A stretch of 63,447 nt of DNA, counting the filler, from Kipferlia bialata (taxonomy: Eukaryota), in the NCBI GenBank assembly GCA_003568945.1. It is 4 parts of 4 records of this genome, joined end to end, with 100 filler letters (N's around TTAATTAATTAA, not from the genome) between each part and the next. Parts side by side here need not be neighbours in the genome. Positions count along the whole stretch, not along the records: positions 1 to 18,167 come from BDIP01000204.1; positions 18,268 to 39,158 come from BDIP01000206.1; 2 more parts are not named here. One strand, written 5' to 3'. The notes below the pieces were generated by a model. The model had not been told where the DNA came from, made no database searches, and saw only the letters and a list, made by a program, of their open reading frames with translations. This document shows positions 12,601-24,242 of the stretch, one piece after another. Every line of letters begins with the position of its first letter. Position 1 is the first letter of the stretch. The translations under genes were made by a program, and so were the position numbers.

Positions 12601-15600
12601 GTATACCTTGGGTCTGACATTGACAAAAGTACACACATGCCATTCATGTATAGATTGGACAGATGCCGTAGGAGGAAGTATCATTCTACCTGGGAGTAGT
12701 TTGACTGGTACCAGGTCTCTGAGAAGCCTTGTAGGACAGGGCCTAGGGTGAGGGGAGTTCCTAAATACTACAGATATCGATATACACGATGCCAGACTAC
12801 TCGATACTAAACACATCAGCCAGTCACCACATACCTGTTACGGCCACCAGTGCTGCGTTGATACCCAACAGCACAACAGCCAGCAGCAGGTGCCTAAACA
12901 CACCTGGGGTCAGAGGCTACACGATATATCAGTCTTACTGGCAATGTCACCACTCACCCATTCCACTGGCAGTGTGATCCACTAGGAAGGCCTTTCTGAG
13001 GACAGCCCCATAGATAGAGACACGGGATGTGCAGCCCTTGCTCACAGTGCATCCGCTCTCGGAATGAGTCTCCCCATCGTCTGATGCTGGTACCGACTGA
13101 CCCTCTGCCTCACCAATGTTTGTGTCATCCCCCACCAGAGAGGTGAACACATGCTCCAGACTGGCACGCTGGGGGTAGGCTCAGTGGTCACAATATGCTA
13201 TATAAATAACAACAAACATACCTCAATAAGGAAGTCTGAGACACTGCCGGTCTCTCTCTCTCTCTCTAGGTCTCGGGCGATCTGGGTGAGTATACGAGGG
13301 GCAATATGGAACAATACTAACTTGATTGCCTAGAGAGGGAGATTGACCGATAATATCCATATACATATCAGTGTATGGGACAGAAATACAATTGGTATAT
13401 GTCATATAAGTATTTATCGGTAGGTTCCTGGTTAGAGAGACACTCCTCACCTGCGGCAGCACGGACCCCTGACCCCTTGGGAGAGAGAGAGACACGACGT
13501 GTTGGGAGAGGAGAGAGACTGTGGCTGCCGGTGCCCTGTGTCTCACGGCGTGCACAACCCTCTCACACAGACCCTCTCCCTCTCCCTCACTGTCAGAAGC
13601 AACAGACACCGCCACCGTGTATCCGCCGTGTCTCTGTCTCAGACGGAAACTGGAGCCAGAGTCTGAAAGTGAGCATAGGGAGTGTGACTCATACACTGTA
13701 TGAGAGACAGCCGCAAAGACACTGCATAGAGAGAGACTGGTACAGCAGCTCCCTTGGATACCTAGGACGTGCCCCTTGTGGAGAACGCTGATCTCGGAGG
13801 CCAAGCGTTGCACCTGAGAGAAGAGATGGTATGGAGGGGGAAAGGATTATGGAGTATAATTATTACTATTACTGAAGGGTGAGACTTCCACCTTGACCCA
13901 TACACACAGAGCGTATTATACATATTCACACACGTGTATCACCCATACCTCCCCCATACTGTGAGATGTTAGCAGACATGCACAGCCAAGCTCTCTGAGG
14001 CTAGCCATATAGGACCTGGGGGTGAGACAGAGACCAATGTGGGACCTTCCATACACCCAGTGCCTCACCACACTACCCTTTTGTTAATGGTATACACCAT
14101 CACACATATATCATAAATACGCACCACACTGCTCTCTTGGTAGCTGGGTCCAGTCCGGTGGTGGGTTCATCCAGGAAGATGAGGCTGGGGGAGCCTGGGT
14201 CAGACATGGAGAGGGTGGATGAGTGAGTAGTCAATCGATGTAGACCACTATTCAATCAATAATCACTGGGAGAGCATGCTTGAACAATGCTCCTCAGACC
14301 CCCCACCTGCTGATGCTATCCCGAGTGACAGTCTCCGCTGCATTCCCCCTGACAGTTCATGTGGCTGAGGTTGGATGTGGGACAACAGCTGGGGCCAGTA
14401 TATCTTGACAGTGGGATGTAGTCTATAAAGCTTTAACTGCCCCCACCTTCCTATTCCGGTGCTGCAACAGTCTCACTCCCTTCAGAATGGAGTGGCACTG
14501 GGTATCTCTCTCCTGTCTAGAAGACACACCCCTCAGTCTGGGTGAGGGGCCTTGGGAAAAGAAGAGAGGACACATGTATATATTCACAATCAGTAGACTT
14601 CGGGCAAGTCCTGACACCATGGCAAACCGACGATGCACCAAGAAAGAGACCCAAAGGCAGGCAATGTTGAAAGCCAATCATCACCCACATATAGACGGAG
14701 TCTACCCACCTGAGAGCCACGTGGACATTGCACTCGACAGTGAGGTTGGGCCAGAGGTTCTCATTGAGCTGGGGGCACACACCGGGTGTTAGTCACTTGA
14801 GAGAGAGGTTTGGGTACAAAATACAGACTACTGCACACACTCAACAACACATACATATATATATAGACATACCGATGTGCCTCTTTGCGAAGAATGTCTG
14901 GCAGGGGTCACTGATGTCATATCCCATCACCCTTATGCAGGACTGACCCTGACTGGAGGGGTGGGGTGTGTCACCCCCAGCCAGGGAGGAGGGGTCGGAG
15001 GCCACCTGTGTATAGTCTAAGGGGGCCTCTGAGACAGAGACAGGGGAGGAGTTGGGGGCTATCTCCCCACCTAGCACCTTTATAAGAGTGCTCTTCCCTG
15101 CACAGTGAGACATGGGACAATTGCATAAGACATGTATACCATGGAACACAGCCAGGAGACATGCAGTAGACGGAGAGACACCGGTTCTGTACTTGATAAC
15201 CGTGCTAGAGTGATATGCTATTCTTGGCAACTTGAGGCCAGATGTACACATAGGATATATACCAGTATATATACAGCTACACCCACCTGCCCCGTTGATG
15301 CCGCACAGAGCATGCACCACCCCAGGGTCAAGGGTCAGATCAGCACCCTGAAGAGCCAGAACCTGGTGGTGGTGTGTTGTATGGTACTTGAATTGATATG
15401 TCGTACAAATACGCTGACGAGGGGGTTTCTGATAGGAAGCAGGACACACAACACATATACTTAGTTACCTTATCCCCCTTTCTCAGGTTGAATGTCTTGT
15501 GTGCATTAGTACACTGGATGGGCTGGGTCCTGTCCGGCACCTGGCGTCTGGCCCTGTGGAATCTGGGGTAGGAGGGAAAACAGAGGTACACAGAGGTAGA

Positions 15601-16890
15601 GAGGGAAAGGAGGGTAAAGGAAGGCAATGTCACAAATTGCATACATTGAGATAGCTACGTATCATACATAACATATATAGATAGTATAAAACATTACCCA
15701 CTCAGTGAACCCACCTCCTCATCAGAGGGTACAGCAGGGGAAGCCCAACGGATCGGGGGCCTGGGGTTAGAGTAATAGTATTACAATCACTCTCGTGACC
15801 CCAAGACCAATCCATAGATACCCATACTGACACTGATACCTGGGCTGACATGTGCTATGTATACTGCCAAGAGGGGCAGGGCAATACTCTGTACTAGGGG
15901 TATGGACACGGCAGTCACCCCTAGGTAGGGCACAGTGTAGGTGCAGGGGATCGGCAGAGGCTGCCCTGGAGTGAGACACATGGCACTTGGTCCTGGGGGT
16001 CTGGTATATATAGGCACTTAGAGACAGTGACATAATCACACAGGTCTCATAGACACACCTCTCTCGGGCAGTGTCTGCTGGTAGCAGTAGCGCCTCTGAC
16101 TGGCATAGCCACCTATATCTGTGAAGAACACACTCTGGTCGTAATATGGACCATCTTCCTCTCCCCAGTAGTCCTAGGCGTAAGGAAATAGCATCTGATG
16201 GGATTGACTTCATCATGATATTCTATATACATGTACACAGTATGCATAAAGTGAAGAGCTGACAATGCCCCCCATCCTCTATGATGCCGTACCTCCGGCA
16301 CTACTATGGTGAGTGTGGTGTATGTCTCTGCCAGGGATATGGGGGGCAGGGCCCAGGCCAAGCCCCAGGTGAGGGGCAGGGGTATCAGGGAGGGGTCGAA
16401 CACACTGCCCCCATTGAAGAGCTGTTGCAGGCCATAGCCTAGCAGGACTGGAGTGGGGTGGAGGGATAGACAGGTGTGGGGCAGACGGTATACATGCAGT
16501 CACTTGACGACTACGTACTTCATCTAGGTTACACATATGCACCCACCTGAGAATACCCCTATGCCCACCCCCCAGGACACAGCCCCTGACAGGGTGTGGA
16601 TGAGGGCACTGAGTAGGATAGAGAAGGCACAGTAGGACGAGGCCTGCGGTGGGCCACATAGACAGAGGCTGATGTGTATATGCCTGCACAACTCCACACA
16701 AAATGTATATATACTCTATATATCTGCCATACACCACCCCACCGCACCTGGAGTCCATAGAGTGTGAGCAGTGCCGATGGGGCCAGGTTGACTGTGGGTG
16801 TGACACCCAGGGCGTGGCCTGTCAGCACCATCAGACAGGTGGACAAGAGGCACAGGGGGAGCAGGACCAGCCACCAGCCGATGTAGTGGT
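6608..16890 (-). CDS. ABCA-family full transporter (TMD-NBD1-TMD/ectodomain-NBD2), many introns, 5'-incomplete
   Basis: NBD1: [30 protein letters not shown] (15375-15080), [12 protein letters not shown] (~14340), [13 protein letters not shown] (~14170), [11 protein letters not shown]2: [18 protein letters not shown] (~8400), [12 protein letters not shown] (~7760), [10 protein letters not shown]. 'SLEHVF' and 'PLEEIF' motifs typical of ABCA follow each NBD. Confidence 0.92.
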
Positions 16891-16938
16891 GCCATTCCCT
16901 GAGACATGGGGGTCAGAGGGGGGGGGGGGGGGGGCCCA

Positions 16939-16969
<31 letters not shown>

Positions 16970-17788
16970 GGGGGGACAACGGCAAACGCCACAGAGACAT
17001 AGTGTTCCATAGTCTGCAAACGAGACCATGATAGTGATGATGATATGACGAGTGCAACTACATACATAGTGACATTGAGACCATCACTGACGGACCTGGA
17101 TACTGAGCTTCTCAGACATCTGCACAAAGGTCTCGTCAGTAACATCTGAGTAGAACAGTAGAAGTGGCTCGCTCGGGCACGTGAGCAGGAGCCGTCTCCT
17201 CTGACTGGGCTGACACCACAGTCGGAGGTCCTTGCTCATCTTGCCCACCCGGCAAGGCACAGTCAGCATCGTAGGATCGCTCATGCCTCCTCGCTACAAA
17301 GTTCGGGCGTTAGAGAGATTCCCTTGACTCTTTGGGAGTCTCACACAAGGCTGATACTGGGTACTCTCCTAGACTCACCACTATCACGCTGAAGGGAGGA
17401 AGTGGCGGGAAGATTCTCAGAAGATTCTTTTTGCTTCACACAAAAGGGTTGACTCTCTTCTGACCGACCGGTCAGTGACCGTTGTGACAACGGTTGTAAA
17501 GAGTCACAATCTGTGCCAAGCACTGGACGCCTGACACAGCGTAGAATACTGCATACAGCCTAGACAATGACAGGAAGTTCCTATTAGGAACACGTGCAAG
17601 AGCGACAACCATTCAGTGATAATGAAATCTATTCCTGCTACAGAGAACTGCACGCCGCTAGTGACACAATGCACACTTATTCAATGTACATCACAATATA
17701 GCATTGTAGACAGTATAAAACTCTGCAGAGAGGAACTCCTGAGATGGTAGGACGCAACGGCCGTAACTGCTACTCGCCCCTCCGATCC

Positions 17789-18167
17789 CTACTCATTGGC
17801 CCTGCGGTCCCTGATCTCTGCCTTCTTGCCCTTGGTGAAGTAGTCGACATCCTGTAGGTACCCAGACACGCGCCTGGTGGGTTAAAGAGAGTGGAAAATA
17901 CCAACAGTAGAGGCCGAGAGATGAATGGTAGTGTATACAGTAGTATCAGGCAAGTGACCCATGCCTGACCCTCATGATGTCTGCTGAGCCGCAATTGGCG
18001 CAGGTGTCGAAGGTGCCGCGGGTCTGACAAGTGCGGCACACGTCCAGGGGGTAGTTGAAGCCCAAGTAGCTGACCCCGTGCCTCTGTGCCATCTCCACCG
18101 CATCGGCCAGACCCAGCACGTTGGACAGGGGCGCCTCCCTGAACTCCACGTAGGATATGCTGCCCCC
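17789..18167 (-). CDS. nrdD: Class III anaerobic ribonucleoside-triphosphate reductase, C-terminal fragment (contig end)
   Basis: GGSISYVEF...GVSYLGFNYPLDVCRTCQTRGTFDTCANCGS (CxxC..CxxC metal site), then a 91-nt intron at 17874-17964, then RVSGYL (glycyl radical loop) QDVDYFTKGKKAEIRDRRANE*. Confidence 0.93.
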
Positions 18168-18267
18168 NNNNNNNNNNNNNNNNNNNNNNNNNNNNNNNNN
18201 NNNNNNNNNNNTTAATTAATTAANNNNNNNNNNNNNNNNNNNNNNNNNNNNNNNNNNNNNNNNNNNN
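18168..18267. other. Artificial contig spacer (N44-TTAATTAATTAA-N44)
   Basis: 100-nt spacer with stop codons in all six frames; an identical spacer occurs twice more. Confidence 0.97.
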
Positions 18268-18318
<51 letters not shown>

Positions 18319-18365
18319 GATTACTGTGTCTTTGCTGATTGCACTAGTTTATATCTCACCACCAG

Positions 18366-18407
18366 GCCAGGATTGCCAGTCTAGAGTCCAAGCTCGAGGA
18401 CGAGTGA
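18366..18407 (+). CDS. Terminal exon of an upstream, unseen gene (coiled-coil-like)
   Basis: Acceptor ctcaccaccag followed by ARIASLESKLEDE*. Confidence 0.4.
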   Translation, partial: ARIASLESKLEDE

Positions 18408-19064
18408 TACTGTTGACTGTCGCAGTCTGTAGAGTAATACTCTTACTGGGTTGAAGATAGACATGGACATAGTAACAGTAGTACTACTCCAAGACTGAGG
18501 GTAAAAGGAGAAGGATTTCTTTGTGGAGTGGGTGTATGAGTCAATAGAGTTTCAATTTGGAAGAAGATGTGTGTGAGTGGGAGTTGTTGTGACAATGAAG
18601 GCTATTAGAATCTAATAGGGATCCGAATACATGAAGTGTGGACCTGAGTCCGATTTACCTCTTGCACCCCTTGACAATGAAAAACTCTCACGACCAATTA
18701 CAAACATATCTTTCTCATCAGCAGTCGACGTAAGAGGTTAACAGGTACAGTGGAGGTGTATACTGGCAGTTGTTGTCAGTGCAGAACATCAAATGGCCCG
18801 ATATCAAAGATCAGATATGCTAGAGTCATTTACTCTTTAGTTCTTGATGACTTCTGTCATACAATGCAGAGATCATATCATAGTACCTCTCTTGCAGCAA
18901 TTACGAGACTGTTCAGGATTCGTTTCTGAATATCGCTCTGATCAATGATATACTCATCCCCCCCCCCCCCCCTCTCCTTCATCCTCCTTCATGTTCGCAC
19001 CACACTACTCTTCACTCTCTCTCAGCCTCTTATACACTCCCACCCTTCTCTCTCATCTCTAGAA

Positions 19065-21080
19065 ATGAGAGCACCGGCTGAAGCCAGGTCTGTAACTCCC
19101 TGTCGTCACCCATCCACCCGTGACTGCTCTCCCTCTACCATACCTTCTGTTGTATATACTCACCCTCCTGTTTCTGTGTCCTCTTTCACTTCTCCTTCTG
19201 ATGTAGTGGAATCCACTGCATCAGAGGGGGTTGTATCGGAGACACACAACAGGAGTGGTGTATGTGCTCTGGAGGCAGTGAGTGAGAAGTTTGTGGAGGG
19301 AGATGGAGAGGGGGAGGGGGAGACTGGAATCTGTTCCTCTACTTCCTCAGATGTCCTCACAGCTGCTACTCAAGATAGTGAGAGAGAGAGTCAGAGCCAG
19401 GACCAGTCACTCCTCTCAGACCCAGCTGCAGGGTATCTCAATATGTGTGTATATATTTATACATATATATATGTCTGATATTCTCACATACGTACGATTC
19501 GTACTATACGTAACTGCACATTAGTAACACTTAATACTTCTCTATACAAAGTAACCACCACTCACATTATCTGACCGTAAGGAAGAGGACAACACTTCTT
19601 CTGACATTGAGGAGTCGGAGAGTGAGCCAGATGAGGATGTGGAGGTATAGACTATATAGAGTCTCCTCGACCTTTCTGTCACACACTTGTGTATTCAGTA
19701 TGTATTCTCTTACCCTCAGATTCTGTCCTCCTTTGTGACCTGTGGTGTCTCTCGGTCAGACAAGACACCCCAAGATAGGTAATGAATCAATCACACGCAT
19801 ACATAGAGTGAAAATATGTATATGAGTATATATATATACTCATATATACTATATACCATATATGATATATGATATATATGTATATATGTATATATATAAG
19901 TGTTTATATATACTACGACCCATCACAGGTTCACTCCACTGCTCTCACTGGGTGAGGACATTCCTAGGGCCAGCTACATGGTACGTCTCCACATATAAAA
20001 TGTATTATACTGAGCAATTGAGATATGAGACTGTAGGTATGCAATTAATCACTGACCCCAGTTCTACAGTTCTCTCCTTGACCTCGTTTGTGGCGCTGAC
20101 AACTGCAACATCACCTCCATCAATGAGAGCAATCGCCACTGCACTATGCAGGTATGACAATCTACAGTCAGCTATATATAATGAATGTACATTGTACATT
20201 CATTATACATCCATCTCTTATAAGGTGTGATTCCCATGTTAGTGTGTTTGACCCCTCTATGTACAGCTGCTTATAGCCAGGTCGTCACCCATCAGAGCTG
20301 CCCACTATCAACCCTTATCCTTGAAGGTGTGCCATCTGGTGGACTATATATATATATGTATATACCAAATCATCCATTGTACAGTACATTGGCCCTATGT
20401 GGTTCGTATAGTGTAGTCATATTTGTCTTCTTGTGTGTGCTAGGGCTCTACAGCTATCTCTGACACTCCACACTAACAGCAGGACGCCGCCAATACAAGG
20501 GACTGAGTGAAGTGATCTCAGTCCTGGAGCACGCCAAGGTAATATCATGATGACTTCCAACACAGTCATATTGTATTGTGAACACAGATGTTTCATTATT
20601 GATATATATCTGATATATCATATATCATATGTTGATATATACTCACCCCAAGGTGGACTCCTCTCTCCAAGCTGACCTAGACCAGTTTGTAGGAGAGCTG
20701 GTCGCTGCCAGGGAGAGAGAGCGGGAGAGGCAGCGCAACAGCAGGTCCATTTCTGAGACTCTGCCACGTTGCAGCGCAAGAGCGTTGGTCAAGCGCTGGG
20801 ACGCAAAAGTGTGTGGGATGGAGGTGGAGGGAGCAAAGGGAAGTGGACCGAGGTGTCGGGCCAAGGTCACATCCTGGAAGAGTGCTGTCTGGCAGGAGAG
20901 GATCCTAGCCTGGAACCAGGTAGCACCACACAGTCTTCCGTAGTGTTCAACTATCACATTGACGACTCTTTCACATCAGTGTTGTCTGTATTTGAAAGTG
21001 TCTATGCTGCCGCGTTCTTATCACCAGGAGGATCGGTATCGGATGGTTCCTTGCCCCCTCAAGCAGGAAGAGACCCCTGA
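19065..21080 (+). CDS. Hypothetical multi-exon protein with a Ser/Glu-rich N-terminus
   Basis: MRAPAEARSVTP... followed by exons with GT-AG borders, including VDSSLQADLDQFVGELVAARERERERQ...WKSAVWQERILAWNQ. No family recognised. Confidence 0.55.
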
Positions 21081-21667
21081 AGAAGGAGCAGAGAAGAAGG
21101 TGTGACACGTATTGCTCTTCAGTGTTCCCGAGAAGCTTTCTCCACATATCAGTGTCACATTGTTCTTCTGGACATGTAAGTCACAGATGTTCACTTTCAG
21201 TAGTTATGAACTTTTTCTAGTTGTAGGTGAACCCAAGCCGCCTCATCTCATGATACTCCTTCAATCGGCCTCTCTTTCTTATCGCTAGCGTCCAAACAGG
21301 GCATGTGAGACAGTGAGACCGCAGAAGTCCAAGCGAACACCCCTATGCCAGTCTCAGGTAGTCTAGAATGAGGGAATATATATAGACACAGGATACCATA
21401 CCCAAATTCTAGCCATTTGTTGTATCCTGATATTGAGATACCCTACTATGTTCAAACATCACTTCTCCGTAGAATCAGGTATCTAATCTGGAGGTGGCAT
21501 ACCTGAAAGCGCACCACAGGCGCACTCCGATGGTATGTGCACAGACTGCGTACACTCCTGTATCAGCATGTGTATGCTCGGTTGCTATCTAAATGGAGTC
21601 CAGATAGAATACATGTAGTATCTCTATACCATACAGTATATAGTTAAGTGAGCATGTCACTACACAC

Positions 21668-21709
<42 letters not shown>

Positions 21710-24242
21710 GTACCGATATTTACACATGTACTGCTGTGTCTACCGAGTTCTTAAATCCTGGTGCCACTAACCTCCAGAAGAACTCCTCTATAATGTCTCT
21801 TGAGGCAGTACACGAGCTGAAGAGGACATCAACATTCACAAAGCACAGGTAAACGGATTGTGCAGTATGATTGTATACAATTCTGAACAATGACAAATGG
21901 TCGCCATTCTCTCACTGGAATCTGACTCCATCAGTCTCCTGCGTGCAGAGGAGAGAGGGACCTCCAGCTTCATTGAGGTCTTTGGTAGTGACGCTACGGA
22001 GGAGACCATGGAGAGGTATAGTTGAATCCATTCCCATCTAGGAGAGCACATTGAGCTGTCGTATGAGTGTAGAAGTTCGATCGTCTATTTAGAGTGGTGA
22101 AAGTGTTGAGATATTTCGTTGCTTCTCCACTTACGTTAGATATCTGGGGGAGTTTCTTCCTATTGCTTGCCCACCACGTAACCTGGACCGCAAAGGAAAG
22201 GTCGTTGTCTCGAGAGAGATTATATTCCCCAGCTTCACTGTTATTGTCGTTGACGGTAAGTATATATGACATATATTGTATGTTACTAGATTTTTTTGTG
22301 CATATCTGGTTCCGTGTGTGTATCATTCTAAATATGTCTGCTAACACATGTCTTTTGGCTTGTAGAGAGCCTGAGTACTGTTGTGACCAATGTGTTTAGA
22401 CACTTTCTCTCTCTATTGTGTGTCTAAAACACTAGGAAAGCTGATCACCGTCTGGAAGAATTCGTGTAGTTACCAAGACTTCCTTAGGAAGTAGAGGCAG
22501 TCGCTAGCTCCACCGCCCTGACACGATACAGCCTCCCAGTGTCGACAGCATGTTGGTCGATTTGTGTTGTCGGTCCACTGCGCTAATTACTCTCTGGAAC
22601 ACGTCCTCTATACATACTGACCACAAGGAACGAGAGTCTTTAGAGCAAATATTAGTAATAATAGTAATAATAATAATCCATACTACATTCCACAATAGAG
22701 GAAGTTTAGCAATTGAATCGTACATACAACCATTCCTCAGAACTGTCACAGTTCAACTTTGTGGGAAGGCGAATCCCGCGATCATCCCAGGCTCCGACAA
22801 CTATGGTGCAGAGCCTGATACTACTCTACAGTATGTACTCTCGGTACTCTAGTGTTGTAGAATTGCTAATTTTCTTTAATAGTTTCCCGTTGTGGGACTG
22901 TGTGGGACCCACACTGTAGGTACTATAGTATCCATAACAAGTGGTGTAGACATAGGTTGTTGACTCGACGGCTCGTCGGTTGACACAAAAGATCCAGCTG
23001 ACTCGGATTTGGAAGAGCCATCTAAAGAGACAAGTGAGAGCTGCTGGTCACTAACTGAAAAGGGGATATGTCTGATAGCCGCCAAGTAGAATAGGCTCTC
23101 AATTGTTTTCGTGCCTGTCGTCGATTCATCACTTGAGTGCCTGTTCACCCGCACTCAGTGTCCTTCTTGGTCATCTTGCTAGTGTTTGGTTATTTGGAAG
23201 GTATGGCTAGTATCATACTAGCCTAGTATGAGGAGCATTATCAGGAGGCAACAGATCTGACACCTTCCCAGTCTCATATGGTATATTGGGGTGTCTAGGG
23301 TGGGTTAATGTGGACAATACATACAATGAGTGTGTATTGTACTCCATCATACCACCCCAACTACTACAGTCATACATATCCCAAGTGATTCCTTCTATCC
23401 ACCATATCTCTCTCTCTACCCCAGTACTATAGTCCCCCCGCCCTCTACTATGGCGTCACTTACCTTAGACTAGACTCTTCTGATACTCGTGCTTCGCTCA
23501 GGCATCCTAAAGGTATATATGATACGATACGATACGATACGATATGTTTCCTCTGCGCCTGCCATGTATTGACACTTCAATATTTCTGTCTCTCTATGCA
23601 CATGCCATGTATATACACCATCATCTGATTCTATATGTGTTCCGTGTTCCGGCATTCTACCAGACATTCCACTATCTCTCATTGTTTGTCACGTATAGCC
23701 GTCATCACTCTCTCTCTATATATATATATATCAGTAGACTCTATCTCTCCTCACACGCCATTACACTCCATCCAATCTCTCTCTCTCTCACCTTCTACAC
23801 TCCACACTCTTACCACCCAGTACTTCACCCAGTCCCTTTATCCCCCCCATATCTTCCCCAATCTTCCTACCCCCATACTATCCCTCACTCCAAGCTGCAC
23901 CCCACAGTACACCCGACCTGCACTCACCGTTGGTCAAGGTAGTACAGTGTAGACTCCAAATGAGGCTAGTGTACCCATTCACTCGCTTGGCTGACAATAC
24001 TTCCCCTATTTTAGCCATAGATGGTCTTTTATTTCTAGCTGAGACCATCTTCTCTTTATCGTTTACAGTGTAAACAGTAGATAAAACAGTATATCTAACG
24101 GTTCCACACATAACCTACTCCTGTCTCAACCTCTTATCCCAGACTGAGTTTTAGTCAGAATAACTTAGTCTGGAGCCGTGAGATCGTGTCTCGCTTGTGA
24201 ACCCCCAGGCTGGCCTCGTTTCCTGTGACACGAAAAGAAACC

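Noticed and set aside
16990..17530. 5' end of the ABCA gene
   Set aside because: Short ORFs upstream of the poly-G tract show no ABCA TM1 features and could not be linked.
18212..18223. TTAATTAATTAA palindrome recurring three times
   Set aside because: Always centred in exactly 100-nt N spacers; an artificial linker, so gene adjacency across it is meaningless.
21100..23500. Possible additional gene(s)
   Set aside because: Exon-like fragments on both strands, but I could not chain them in frame.
24139..24173. Small inverted repeat ccagactgagtt/aacttagtctgg
   Set aside because: A single imperfect 12-bp hairpin, expected by chance at this window size.
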